Shown here one piece after another: positions 8,914 to 18,238 of a stretch of DNA of 64,000 nucleotides. How positions within the stretch are numbered: the stretch's first letter is position 1; every line of letters starts with the position of its first letter. The stretch spans positions 128,001-192,000 of the forward strand of contig JBBTCT010000024.1 in assembly GCA_038060895.1 (NCBI GenBank), written 5' to 3'. The position numbers and the translations under genes are program-made. Under the pieces are notes generated by a model, which was not told the DNA's origin, ran no database searches, and saw nothing but the letters and a program-made list of their open reading frames with translations. This DNA comes from Planctomycetota bacterium. GTDB taxonomy: Bacteria > Planctomycetota > MHYJ01 > WSZJ01.

Positions 8914-10548
8914 TCAGCTGCCGTCAAAGGGCACTATGCGAGCCTCCGCACATGCTCGATGCATCTCGGCGGTCGCGCTCTCCAGTTCCAGGCGGTTGCC
9001 GACTTCCCTGAGAATCGCCGCTCCCTTGGGCCACGCTTCCCGCGCTTCCCCGTGACGCCCTAGCGCCAGGTAGAGCAGGGCCTGGCCGCAGCTGTGGATC
9101 CCTTCGAAGGTCAGGTTTCCGGTCATGCGATGAAGCTCGATGGCGTGGGCAAAGTGGCGCTCAGCGGACTCCAGGTTGCCCGTGACGTGAAGGAGAGACG
9201 CGAAATTCCCGCAGTCGATTCCCTGGCAGCGCCGGTTGCCGGTCGCGCGATGAAGGGAGAGCGCCTCCTCGTAGTTCCGTGCCGCCAGGTCGAATCGCCG
9301 CGCCCTCTGGTAAAGGCCCGCGAGGTTCCCGAGCACGATTCCCTCGGATCGAGGAGCTCCCACCTCGCGATGAATCGCACGCGCGGCGAGGAACGCGCGT
9401 TCGGCGTCTTCGTCCCTGCCCGTTTCAAACAGAAGGATCCCGAGGTTTCCCAGCGTAACTCCTTCGAAGAGGCGGTTTTCCACTTCCCTGTGTATGGAGA
9501 GCGCCTGTTTGAAACTCTGTTCGGCCAATTCAACGCGACGGGTTTCCCGGTATAGATCGGCCAGATTTCCCAGGAGGATTCCCAGGGATCGCCGGTCCCC
9601 GACTTCGCGCGCAATGGCCATCGCTTCTTCAAAATTTCGTTCCGCCTGAACGGCGTTGTCAGCTTCGTGTTGAAGCAGCGCGAGATTCCCCAACGTCTTT
9701 CCCTCGTCCGCGCGGTTCCGATTGCGCCGATGTTCGGCAAGGGCCTCTTCGCAAGTCCGCGCCGCCAGCTCGGGTCGCCCGGTCTGCTGAAACAACATCG
9801 CCAGGTTCGACCTCATCATGCCCTCGACGCGCCGGTCACCGATTTCCCGGCTCAGGCGGATCGCCTCGTTGAAGAGCCTCTCGGCCGACTCGGAGCGTCC
9901 GGTGTCCTTGTGGATGATTCCCAGATTGCCCACCAGGAGTCCTTCGGCGCGCGTGTCTCCCGTCTCGCGGAGAATTGCCAGTGCTTCTTCGCACGACCTC
10001 TCCGCCGGCTCCATGCGCCCTGTTTCCTGGTAAATCCTCGACAGCCGCTCCAGCGCCGAACTCTCCCGGCGACGGTCGCCCGCCGACCGCGCAACCGTCA
10101 GGGCTTCGTCCGCAAGCCGCTCAGCATTTTTCGCCCGGCCCGATCGGAGCGCAGCCGCGGCGGCAGACTCCAGCGAAGCGCTCCTCAAGCCCCCCTCGAC
10201 CAGCAAGGCGTGCGCTTCCCAGAGTTCCCGCGCTTCGTCGAACCGGAAGTGTCTCTGCGAGTGCGCGGCGGCCCGCCGAAGGTAAAGCCGTTGTGCACCG
10301 CGCAGATCTTCACCCGCGGATTCCAGGGCGAATCCGGCGTGCTCGGCGAGCTCGCGGGCAAAGGGATCGCTCGGGTGGTCTACGGGTTCCCGGGCATCCG
10401 CGGGCTCCGGCGCTCTTCCCCCGCACATTTTCTCAACGACGACAAACGCGATCGCGTGCAGTCGCGCCCGGTCACCGGGAAGTTGGAGCTGGTAGGCCGC
10501 GTCGCGCAGAAGCGCGTGGCGGAAGAGATATGCCGACTCGGCGTTCAA
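8914..10548 (-). CDS. TPR protein with N-terminal STAND winged-helix motif (paralog 1)
   Basis: TTG start overlapping the stop of paralog 2; begins LNAESAYLFRHALLRDAAYQLQLPGDRA; ~40-aa TPR repeats (EG..LGNL...Y..TGR...A...F..AL.IHREVG.R). Confidence 0.8.
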   Translation of the reverse strand: MNAESAYLFRHALLRDAAYQLQLPGDRARLHAIAFVVVEKMCGGRAPEPADAREPVDHPSDPFARELAEHAGFALESAGEDLRGAQRLYLRRAAAHSQRHFRFDEARELWEAHALLVEGGLRSASLESAAAAALRSGRAKNAERLADEALTVARSAGDRRRESSALERLSRIYQETGRMEPAERSCEEALAILRETGDTRAEGLLVGNLGIIHKDTGRSESAERLFNEAIRLSREIGDRRVEGMMRSNLAMLFQQTGRPELAARTCEEALAEHRRNRNRADEGKTLGNLALLQHEADNAVQAERNFEEAMAIAREVGDRRSLGILLGNLADLYRETRRVELAEQSFKQALSIHREVENRLFEGVTLGNLGILLFETGRDEDAERAFLAARAIHREVGAPRSEGIVLGNLAGLYQRARRFDLAARNYEEALSLHRATGNRRCQGIDCGNFASLLHVTGNLESAERHFAHAIELHRMTGNLTFEGIHSCGQALLYLALGRHGEAREAWPKGAAILREVGNRLELESATAEMHRACAEARIVPFDGS

Positions 10549-11972
10549 GGGGTCCCCCGGTCGAGCGGCGGAACGCCGGCGTTCGCGCAGGCCGCCAGCA
10601 TGGCTTCGGTTTTCTGCCCGAGCATTTCGCGATCCCCGACCTGGAGCAGGACGTCTGCTCCTTTCCTCCACACAACTCCCGCTTCCTGCGTCCTGCCCAG
10701 CGCCAGGAGGCACATCGCGAAGCCGCAGGTGTGGATTCCGATGAAGCGCCGCTGGCCGGCGTCGTGGAGGCAGGCGAGGGCGTCTGAGAAGAGTGGGAGG
10801 GCGGCGGGAGCGCGGCCGGACTCGACGAGGAGGGAGGCGAGGTTGCCGAGGTCGATGCCTTCGAAGCGGCGTTCGCCGACGTCGCGATGGATGGCGAGGG
10901 CGGCGTGGTAAGTGGACTCTGCAAGGGCCGAGCGGCCGGTGGCCTGGTAGATGCATGCGAGATTCCCGAGGGCCACTCCCTCGGTGCGGCGGTTGCCGGT
11001 GGACCGGTGGAGGGAGAGGGCCCGCTGGCAGACGGCTTCGGCCTCGGGGAATCGTCGCTGTTGGAAGAACACGCCGGAGAGATGGCCGAGAGAAGCGCCT
11101 TCGGCGCGGAGGTCGCCGGTGCGGCGGGCTAGGGCGAGCGACGTCTGGAGTGAGGCCTCGGCTTCCTCGAAACGGCCGGTCTGCCCGAGAAGGATGGCAA
11201 GGTTTCCCCAGCCGATGCTCTCGGAGGCGACATTCCCGGTCCGGGCGTGGATTTCGAGGGCTTCGCGGTACATCGCCTCGGCTTCCGGGATTCGGCCGGC
11301 CTCCATGAAGCGCGCGGCGAGGTTGGCCAGTGCCGTGCCCGCGCGGCGCTCGTCGCCGAGCTCGCGGAAGATCGCGAGGGCTTGCTGCTGGAGGGCGACG
11401 CCTTCGGTTGCGGCGCGGGCCGTTCCCTGGAGCGCAAGGCCTAGCGTGCCGATGGCGATGGCCTCCAGGCGGCGGTTGCCCGAACTCCGGAGCCGGGCGA
11501 GCGCGTCCTCCAGTAGCGGAAGGGCCTCTGCGCGCCGGCCGCCCTGCGCCGCGCGCTCGCCGGCCAGGCGGAGCGCTTCCCCGCGCTCCGCGCCGTCGAG
11601 CATCCCCGCCAGCGCGCGCCAGTGGGAAACGCAATCTTCGATGTGGAACTGCCTTCCGGCGGCCTCGGCGGAGCGCCTCAGGTAGTTCCGCCTCGCAGCG
11701 TCGAGTGTCGCGACGTCCGCGCCGGGGGCCTCCCTGGCGAGGCGGGCGTGTTCCGCCAATCCCGCCGCGTGGGCGTCGCACGGGTGCGGCGCGAGCCGCG
11801 CGGACTCCGTCGCGTCCAGCGGCACGGGCTCGGGCGGCCGCCCCCCGCACAGCGCTTCGATCACTTCGAACGCCCGGGCGTGACTCAGCGCGCGGTCGCC
11901 GGGGAGCTGCAACTGATAGGCGGCGTCCCGAAGCAGGGCGTGACGGAATATGTAGGCTGTCTCCGCATTCAT
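10545..11972 (-). CDS. TPR protein with N-terminal STAND winged-helix motif (paralog 2)
   Basis: Begins MNAETAYIFRHALLRDAAYQLQLPGDRA; same TPR repeat type and shared C-terminal cap as paralog 1. Confidence 0.85.
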   Translation of the reverse strand: MNAETAYIFRHALLRDAAYQLQLPGDRALSHARAFEVIEALCGGRPPEPVPLDATESARLAPHPCDAHAAGLAEHARLAREAPGADVATLDAARRNYLRRSAEAAGRQFHIEDCVSHWRALAGMLDGAERGEALRLAGERAAQGGRRAEALPLLEDALARLRSSGNRRLEAIAIGTLGLALQGTARAATEGVALQQQALAIFRELGDERRAGTALANLAARFMEAGRIPEAEAMYREALEIHARTGNVASESIGWGNLAILLGQTGRFEEAEASLQTSLALARRTGDLRAEGASLGHLSGVFFQQRRFPEAEAVCQRALSLHRSTGNRRTEGVALGNLACIYQATGRSALAESTYHAALAIHRDVGERRFEGIDLGNLASLLVESGRAPAALPLFSDALACLHDAGQRRFIGIHTCGFAMCLLALGRTQEAGVVWRKGADVLLQVGDREMLGQKTEAMLAACANAGVPPLDRGTP

Positions 11973-11977
11973 CGGAA

Positions 11978-12025
11978 GTCGGGAGTATGGAGTATTGAGG
12001 GTTGAGTAGGGAGAAGTGGGGAGTG
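11978..12025. repeat. Purine-rich ~7-nt periodic repeat (GGGAGTA-like)
   Basis: GTCGGGAGTATGGAGTATTGAGGGTTGAGTAGGGAGAAGTGGGGAGT; near-identical inverted copy at ~15170-15212. Confidence 0.7.
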
Positions 12026-12056
12026 CGAAGTTGGAGAGGGGCCGGCCTATCCGCCG

Positions 12057-12662
12057 TCACTCGGGGGTCGGCGCGTTCCCCTGTTTGGGCGAGTTGCCTC
12101 GATGCCGAAGCGCCCTCCTCGGCCCACGGATGCTGCGCGCGACGAATTGCGCCCAAAGCCGGTAAAGCGGACGCGCAGCGGCGGCGCCTTCAAGGAATTC
12201 GACTGCGTGCGCGATCGCCTCGAGCGTCGCCATTCCTTCCGGCGACGGAGGAGTCCGCAACCGCGCGGTCGATGGGGCCGGCGGCGGGAGCGAAAGCCGT
12301 GGAAGCTTGTGAAGTTCCGGCAGTCGGATCAGCATCCGCCGCGCCTGCCGCCACGAGCCGTCGAGCACGATGAGCCGCTTCGGAATCGGCGCGCCCGGAT
12401 CCGGCGCCGCGCCGCCCGGGTAAAGGAGCCACGTCCCGGGCCCGGTCGAGACTTCCGTCCTGCCGCCCTCCTCTTCCCCGTGCTCAATCACCTCGCAATT
12501 CGGAAGCGCGAGCGCGGCGATGCGCGCCGAGTTCGAGCGGCGGCGCGTTTCGATCGTGTGGCGAATGATGACGAAGCGAGTGCGTGTGGCGATGCGTTCG
12601 ACCTCGGCGCAGACGCACTTGTCGGCATCGAGGAGACAGCGGTCACATCGAGGTGGAGTCAT
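12057..12662 (-). CDS. DTW-domain protein (tRNA-uridine aminocarboxypropyltransferase family)
   Basis: N-terminal RCDRC...CVC zinc motif, HxxE..R.SNS, LLYPG, LIVLDGSWRQA (DTW-like motif), LR...EG.ATLEA. Confidence 0.88.
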   Translation of the reverse strand: MTPPRCDRCLLDADKCVCAEVERIATRTRFVIIRHTIETRRRSNSARIAALALPNCEVIEHGEEEGGRTEVSTGPGTWLLYPGGAAPDPGAPIPKRLIVLDGSWRQARRMLIRLPELHKLPRLSLPPPAPSTARLRTPPSPEGMATLEAIAHAVEFLEGAAAARPLYRLWAQFVARSIRGPRRALRHRGNSPKQGNAPTPE

Positions 12663-12669
12663 CGCGAGG

Positions 12670-15105
12670 TCAATGCAACCGGCGAAGGCATGCCTCGGCC
12701 CAGGCCTTTTCCACCTCGGAGGTCGAGCGTCCGGCGAGCCGGACGAGAAGCTTCTTAGCGGCTGGCGACCCGATGGATTCGATGATCTGGAGAGCGCGAA
12801 GGCGGCGGAGCGAGCCGCAAGACTGCACGAGGGGCGCGTTCAGCGCGGCCAGGAGTTCGCGAAGGGCCGCACCGGCCTCCGGGAAGGACGTCCCTGAAGC
12901 GGACCTTAGCCGGAACTCGACCAGGACCCCCGCATCGGCGAGCGAAGTCCTGGCCCGATCGCGCTGCCCGGGATCCTCGGAGTCGAGCTGTCCGATCCAG
13001 GAGTCCGTTTCCTCGGGCGAGGTCTCCTCTTCGAGGCGGCGCGCCAACTCTTCCGCACCGGCGACGCCCGCACTGTGAAAAAATGCAAGCGCGGCGGCGG
13101 CCAGCGAACCGTTCTGGGTGCGAAGGTCGCGCCAGGCGGAATCGAAGTCCGGCTCGGCGGGCCGCTTCGCCGCTTCTCCCAGATTCCAGATGAGGATGGC
13201 TCCATCGTCGCCGGCAGAAGCGAGGCGGTCGCTCTTCGGTGAGAACGCAACGGCGCGGATGGGAACGGGCGCGGCCTGAAATTGTCGAATGGATTTGCCG
13301 GTCGCCGGATCGCAGACGGACACGAGTCCACTGGCCTCCCCCATCGCGAATTGCCGTCCGTCCGGGGACCAGGCGAGGGCCGTCGTCTCGACGGAGGCAC
13401 ACTCCAGGTCGGTTTCGCACTTCCCCGTCCCAACCGTCACCATCGCGGGGCGTCCCCACTTGACGCCGATCAGCAGGCGTTTGCCGTCCGGGGAGAAGCG
13501 TGCACAGGTTGCCCTCCCCTGAAAGGAGATCGACGTCATCTTTCCTGAGTCGAAGTCGCAGAGGTGATCGTTTCCCATGCGGTCACTCCACGCGACCAGA
13601 CGACCGTCCGGTGACCAAGCCGCGAACGACTGGGTGATCATGCCAGCGAAACCGCCCCGCCAATTATTGCCGTGCTCTTCTTTCGGCTCCTTGAATTCCT
13701 TCTGTATGTCTCCGCTCCCGATGTCCCGGATGACCAGGGTGCCGTCCGACTCGCTGGCGAGCATCTTCCCGTCCGGGGAGAGTGCCATACCACGAAGGCA
13801 ACGTTCGCCCACGACGAATTCCTTCGGCTGCTTCTCGCAATCCAGGGTCCAGATCGAGACAACTGAGTTGTCTTCGCTGAGGGCGAGACGATTGCCTGCG
13901 AGGGAGGCGATCGGCAGGTACCCGCTGAGGTAGGGGGTGCCTCCGGGCGTCGAAAGGCGCGACAACTCCTTCCCGATTGTGGCATCCCATCGGCGGATGG
14001 AGCCTTCGGCCCCGGCGCTGATGAGGGAGCGACCGTCCTCGCTCCATGAAACAAAGTACGCGCGGCCTGTGTGGCCCGGCGCGGACTCGAGTTCCATTCC
14101 CGACGCGATGTGCCAGGTTCGCAGCTTGGTGCCGTCGCCAGCCATGAGAAGCGATCCTCCTGAAACGAAGACCGGCGGATCGCAGGCGAAGCTCGCACTC
14201 AAACTAGAAACGGGGGCCGCGTTCTCCATGTCCCAGACCTGGATGGGCTCACGGCCGCCGATCCCGGCCGAGCCCGTCGCGAGCAGCTTCCCGTCGGTCG
14301 AAATCACCACCCTGTAGGTGCAATCAGGAGTCAGCGGCATTCGCGTCCAGCCGGCGGCTTCATCGAAAATCACGACTTCCCTGACCTTATTGGTACAGCT
14401 CGTCACGATGCGCGCTCCATCCGCGGCAATCGCAACGTAGGCCGGTGATTCCAGCTTGAATTCCCGAAGCTGGACGTTCTTCTGCAGGTCGAACAACCGG
14501 ACGCTGCCGTCCATGCCGCTCGAGACGAGCCGCCTTCCGTCCGCCGAAATACCGAGGGAGATCACTCCATTATCTGCCCCCCGGGGAACCGGCAATTCCG
14601 TTCCCGTATTCAACTCCAGGAGTTTCAGGGGAGATTTCGGATTTCCCCAGGCGAGCACCGAGCCGTTGGGAGACAGCGCGACAACGGCCAGGCTCTCGCC
14701 TCGCGGGACCTCTCTCAGCAGTTTTTCGGACTCGAGGTCCCAGACATAAATGGAGTTCGAGGCGTAGTCCGACTGGCATGCCAGGATTCTCCCGTCGTGG
14801 GACAACACCATCTCGCGCCAGAATCCGCCAAGTTGCGGCCCCATTTTCCGGAGCACGACGCCCGTCGACAGATCGAAGATGCGGATCATCCGGTCGTTCC
14901 CCGCAACCACGACACTTCTGCCGTCCGGCAGCGGAAGCATTTCCCCGAGCATTCCCGGATCCGAGGGGGTTGGCTGGCCGATTCGCAGAACCGCACCCTC
15001 CGGGCACGCAGCTCCGAGGAAGTTCTCAACCGTCTCCGCTTCAGCACTCCCAAGACAGAGCAGGAGCGGGACGCCGAGAACCAGCAAGAGGGCGCGGCAA
15101 TACAT
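12670..15105 (-). CDS. Secreted WD40-repeat protein with C-terminal HEAT-like tail
   Basis: Signal peptide MYCRALLLVLGVPLLLCLGSAEA; many WD repeats (ISADGRRLVSSGMDGSVRLFD, AFSPKSDRLASAGDDGAILIWN); start chosen 7 nt downstream of TATGAT. Confidence 0.85.
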   Translation of the reverse strand: MYCRALLLVLGVPLLLCLGSAEAETVENFLGAACPEGAVLRIGQPTPSDPGMLGEMLPLPDGRSVVVAGNDRMIRIFDLSTGVVLRKMGPQLGGFWREMVLSHDGRILACQSDYASNSIYVWDLESEKLLREVPRGESLAVVALSPNGSVLAWGNPKSPLKLLELNTGTELPVPRGADNGVISLGISADGRRLVSSGMDGSVRLFDLQKNVQLREFKLESPAYVAIAADGARIVTSCTNKVREVVIFDEAAGWTRMPLTPDCTYRVVISTDGKLLATGSAGIGGREPIQVWDMENAAPVSSLSASFACDPPVFVSGGSLLMAGDGTKLRTWHIASGMELESAPGHTGRAYFVSWSEDGRSLISAGAEGSIRRWDATIGKELSRLSTPGGTPYLSGYLPIASLAGNRLALSEDNSVVSIWTLDCEKQPKEFVVGERCLRGMALSPDGKMLASESDGTLVIRDIGSGDIQKEFKEPKEEHGNNWRGGFAGMITQSFAAWSPDGRLVAWSDRMGNDHLCDFDSGKMTSISFQGRATCARFSPDGKRLLIGVKWGRPAMVTVGTGKCETDLECASVETTALAWSPDGRQFAMGEASGLVSVCDPATGKSIRQFQAAPVPIRAVAFSPKSDRLASAGDDGAILIWNLGEAAKRPAEPDFDSAWRDLRTQNGSLAAAALAFFHSAGVAGAEELARRLEEETSPEETDSWIGQLDSEDPGQRDRARTSLADAGVLVEFRLRSASGTSFPEAGAALRELLAALNAPLVQSCGSLRRLRALQIIESIGSPAAKKLLVRLAGRSTSEVEKAWAEACLRRLH

Positions 15106-15169
15106 GAAGCCCATCATAGCTGCGGCGAGCCCCGCTTCTATCACCCGGCCCGCCGTTCTGCTTCCTATT

Positions 15170-15212
15170 AACTCCCCACTCCTCCCTACTCAACCCTCAA
15201 CACTCCCGACTC
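15170..15212. repeat. Pyrimidine-rich ~7-nt periodic repeat; inverted copy of 11978-12025
   Basis: ACTCCCCACTCCTCCCTACTCAACCCTCAACACTCCCGACTC. Confidence 0.7.
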
Positions 15213-15290
15213 CCCCCGTTTCTAGCCACCCCCCGCGCTGTCGGCTTATACTTCGCCCCCTTCACTTCCCGCCACTTCGGAGAACCATCC

Positions 15291-16520
15291 ATGCCCGCCT
15301 ACACCGCCGATCAGCTTCACTGGAAACAGGTCGCCCACGACGTCGCCGAGAAGGTCGTGCGGCCGCTCGCGAAGAAGTACGACGAGCTGCAGCAGTATCC
15401 GTGGGAGATCAAGGAAGCGATGGCGAAGGCGGGGCTGATGAGCGTGTGGATTCCGAAGGAGTACGGGGGGGCTGGGGGCGGAGTCGGATCGTTGTGCGTG
15501 GTGATCGAGGAGTTGTCGCGGGCGTGCGGCGGCGTCGGGGTCGCTTACGCGGTGAACGCGCTGGGGAGCTTCCCGATCCTGGTCGGGGGGACGGAAGAGC
15601 AGAAGAAGAAGTGGCTGCCGCTGATTGCGAAGGGCGAGAAGCTGATCGCGTTCGGGCTGAGCGAGAAGTTCGCGGGCTCGGACGCCGGGTCGATGCGGAC
15701 TCACGGGAAGCTCGACGGCGACCATTACGTGATCAACGGCGAGAAGAAGTGGTGCACGAACGGCGGCTCGGCCGACATTTTCAGCGTTTTCTGCGTGACG
15801 GACCCGGAGTCGAAAGCGAAGCGGATCTCGGCAATTCTCGTCGAGAAGGGGACGCCGGGGTTCAAGCTGGCGAAGCAGGAAGACAAGATGGGGATCCGGT
15901 GCGTGCCCGTGAACGAGCTGGCGTTCGACAACTGCCGGGTGCCGGCGACGAACCTGCTCGGCGGCAAGCCGGGGTTCGGGTTCAAGCACGCGATGCAGAC
16001 GCTCGACTACGCGCGCCCCGGCGTGGCGGCGCAGGCGATGGGCCTGGCTCAGGGGGCGCTGGAGCTGTCGATGGTGTACGCGCAGAAGCGCAACCAGTTC
16101 GGGGTGCCGATTTCGAGCCACCAGGCGATCGGCTTCATGCTGGCGGACATGGCGACGAAGGTCGAGGCGGCCCGGCTGCTGGTGCTGGAAGCGGCGCGGC
16201 TGGTCGATGCGAAGGCGGACGGGATCACGAAGACAGCGGCGATGTGCAAGCTGTACGCGACGGACGTGGCGATGGAAGTCACGACCAACGCAGTGCAGAT
16301 CTTCGGCGGGTACGGGTACATGAAGGATTACCCGATCGAGAAGTACATGCGCGACGCGAAGATCACGCAGATTTACGAGGGCACGAACCAGATCCAGCGG
16401 ATGGTCGTGGCGAGGAACCTCGTGAAGGAAGCGACGCACCTGGATTATCTGCAGTCGTTTATCCCGACTGAGGTGCAGAAGGGCGGCATTATGCCGGTGG
16501 TGGAACCGGCGAAGGCTTAG
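15291..16520 (+). CDS. Acyl-CoA dehydrogenase
   Basis: IPKEYGGAG, FGLSEKFAGSDA, INGEKKWCTNG, EDKMGIR, RNQFG, QIFGGYGYMKDYPIEKYMRDAKITQIYEGTNQIQR. Confidence 0.96.
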   Translation: MPAYTADQLHWKQVAHDVAEKVVRPLAKKYDELQQYPWEIKEAMAKAGLMSVWIPKEYGGAGGGVGSLCVVIEELSRACGGVGVAYAVNALGSFPILVGGTEEQKKKWLPLIAKGEKLIAFGLSEKFAGSDAGSMRTHGKLDGDHYVINGEKKWCTNGGSADIFSVFCVTDPESKAKRISAILVEKGTPGFKLAKQEDKMGIRCVPVNELAFDNCRVPATNLLGGKPGFGFKHAMQTLDYARPGVAAQAMGLAQGALELSMVYAQKRNQFGVPISSHQAIGFMLADMATKVEAARLLVLEAARLVDAKADGITKTAAMCKLYATDVAMEVTTNAVQIFGGYGYMKDYPIEKYMRDAKITQIYEGTNQIQRMVVARNLVKEATHLDYLQSFIPTEVQKGGIMPVVEPAKA

Positions 16521-16700
16521 TTGGGAGTTTCGGGTTCCGGAAGTTGAGTTCCGGGATCCGGGTTCCGCGTTCCGAGTGGGGTTTTGAGTTCGCAGTTCTG
16601 AGTTGCGGTTCAGCGGGACTCGAAACTCTGAACCCACAACCCCACCCGGAACTCTGAACCCGGATCCCGGAACTCAACTTCCGGAACCCGAAACCCTCAA
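16521..16700. repeat. ~180-bp palindromic element built from GGGTTCC/GAGTT-type heptamers; probable bidirectional terminator
   Basis: GTTTCGGGTTCCGGAAGTTGAGTTCCGGGATCCGGGTTC pairs with GAACCCGGATCCCGGAACTCAACTTCCGGAACCCGAAAC; lies between convergent genes. Confidence 0.88.
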
Positions 16701-16732
16701 CCACCGCCGTAGCGCGCCCCGATCGACCGTGC

Positions 16733-17656
16733 CTACTTCGCCGCGCGTAGCTCTTTCGCCCTCGCCTCCGCCTTCGCCGCCTCCTCGTCCTTCTTCTGCT
16801 TCTTCAGCACGGCGGCCCATTCCTCGAGCGTGTCGGCCAGATCCTGCGCTCCGTTGTCCGTCTTCTCGAGGATCGCGATCGCCTTTGCGTACTCGGCGGC
16901 GGCCTCGTCGAGCTTCCCGCCAGCCGAAAGCGCGCCGCCCAGGTCGCGCCTTGCGCCCGCCACGTCCAGCGGATTCGCCTTCGCTCCTTCCAGCCCGTCC
17001 GCCGCCCGCTGGTAATGTCCCTCCGCGTCGGCGTGTTTCGCCTGCGCCATCCTCAGTGCGCCCATGGCGGATTCAGCGTCGGCCAGATCCTGCGCGTCCT
17101 GCTCCTTGGCGCCTTTCTGGATTTCCAGCGCGCGCTTCAGCTGGACTTCAGCGTCCTTGAGCTTCTTCAGCCGGAGCAGGCACTCGCCGTAGTCGAGCGC
17201 GTAGCGCCCCGTCTCGGGGTCGTCCTTGCCCGCGGACGCTTCCACGATCTTCAGCGCCCGCTTGTAGAGCGGCTCGGCCTTGGCGTCCTTGTCCATGTCG
17301 CGGTAGACGTCGGCGACGTCGGCGACCAGCCCGGCGACGGCGGGGTCGTCGGCGCCCAGCCCTTTTTCCAGAACCTCGAGCGCGCGTTCGTACTGCGGCG
17401 CGGCCTCGGCGAGTTTTTTCTGGCCGCGAAGCGAATCCGCGAGGTCGGTGAGCGTGGTTGAAAGCCGCTCGTCCGTCGCGCTCCAGCGTTCCGCTTCCTT
17501 GAGCGCGCTTCGGAATTTCTTTTCCGCGTCTTCGAATTTCTTCGCGGCGGCCAGTTCCTTGCCTTCGGCGACGAAGGCCTTCCACTCCTTTTCGCCGGCG
17601 TAGGAGAAAAGGGGCAGGAGGGCCAGGAGTGCGGCTGCGAACGTGGAACGTGTCAT
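16733..17656 (-). CDS. Secreted TPR protein (kinesin-light-chain-like 42-aa repeats)
   Basis: Signal peptide; repeats such as AAPQYERALEVLEKGLGADDPAVA and AEPLYKRALKIVEASAGKDDPET. Confidence 0.85.
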   Translation of the reverse strand: MTRSTFAAALLALLPLFSYAGEKEWKAFVAEGKELAAAKKFEDAEKKFRSALKEAERWSATDERLSTTLTDLADSLRGQKKLAEAAPQYERALEVLEKGLGADDPAVAGLVADVADVYRDMDKDAKAEPLYKRALKIVEASAGKDDPETGRYALDYGECLLRLKKLKDAEVQLKRALEIQKGAKEQDAQDLADAESAMGALRMAQAKHADAEGHYQRAADGLEGAKANPLDVAGARRDLGGALSAGGKLDEAAAEYAKAIAILEKTDNGAQDLADTLEEWAAVLKKQKKDEEAAKAEARAKELRAAK

Positions 17657-17667
17657 CGGAGGCTCTC

Positions 17668-17708
17668 AAAAAAAGCAACCCGGCCACCGTGACCGGGGAC
17701 CGGGTTGC
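17668..17708 (-). terminator. Rho-independent terminator
   Basis: Minus strand reads GCAACCCGG...CCGGGTTGC followed by T7, immediately downstream of the 17723-17950 gene. Confidence 0.75.
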
Positions 17709-17722
17709 GTTTCAGTGGAAAA

Positions 17723-17950
17723 TTACCGTTGGCCGCGGTCGTGACGGCGGTGCTCGCGGCGATGCTCGCGGCGCGACTTGCGACGATGGTCGCGGCGGTC
17801 CTGGCGGTGGTCGCGGACGTGGTCCCGGGCGCCGTCGCGTGCGCCATCGCGGCCGCGATCGTTGCCGCCACGGGCGTTTCCGCGGTCGTCTGCGGAGGCG
17901 GAAGAGAATGCGAAGAAGAGACCGAGGAGGACGGCGGCGAGTCTGATCAT
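17723..17950 (-). CDS. Small secreted Arg/Asp/His-rich peptide (75 aa)
   Basis: AAAGGAA RBS; signal peptide MIRLAAVLLGLFFAFSSASA; mature part RDGARDGARDHVRDHRQDRRDHRR...; followed by a terminator. Confidence 0.65.
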   Translation of the reverse strand: MIRLAAVLLGLFFAFSSASADDRGNARGGNDRGRDGARDGARDHVRDHRQDRRDHRRKSRREHRREHRRHDRGQR

Positions 17951-18101
17951 GGCGTTTCCTTTTCTAATGGGTAGGGTTGCGGCCCCCACCGCTTCCCTTA
18001 CGCTACCAGTTTCGAGTGGCCCGGACTGCGTGTTCCGACCATAGGGACGGATTGGGGGGGAGGGCGTTACAGGGGGCTGGACAATATTTGGTGAACGCGG
18101 G

Positions 18102-18130
18102 TTGGCCCGGCGCGGAATCCCGTGTAAAAT
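18102..18130 (+). promoter_or_regulatory. Putative sigma70 promoter for the HTH gene
   Basis: TTGGCC-17 nt-TAAAAT. Confidence 0.45.
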
Positions 18131-18238
18131 GAGCGGGTGGGGACAGTGGCACGCCTCGTCGATCCGGCACCTGCAGCTTAAAACTTACAAAATACATTAA
18201 ACCGCCGTGCGGCTCACCCCGGACCCGGAGCTCCTGCC

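Noticed and set aside
8914-11972. TPR paralogs as DGR template/variable repeats or recombination cassettes
   Set aside because: No near-identical DNA repeat with adenine-specific differences and no reverse transcriptase; similarity is at protein level only
8914-12156. 1080-aa ORF as one giant protein
   Set aside because: The N-terminal half is an Arg/Pro-rich off-frame shadow of the 10545-11972 gene; the real gene starts at TTG 10548
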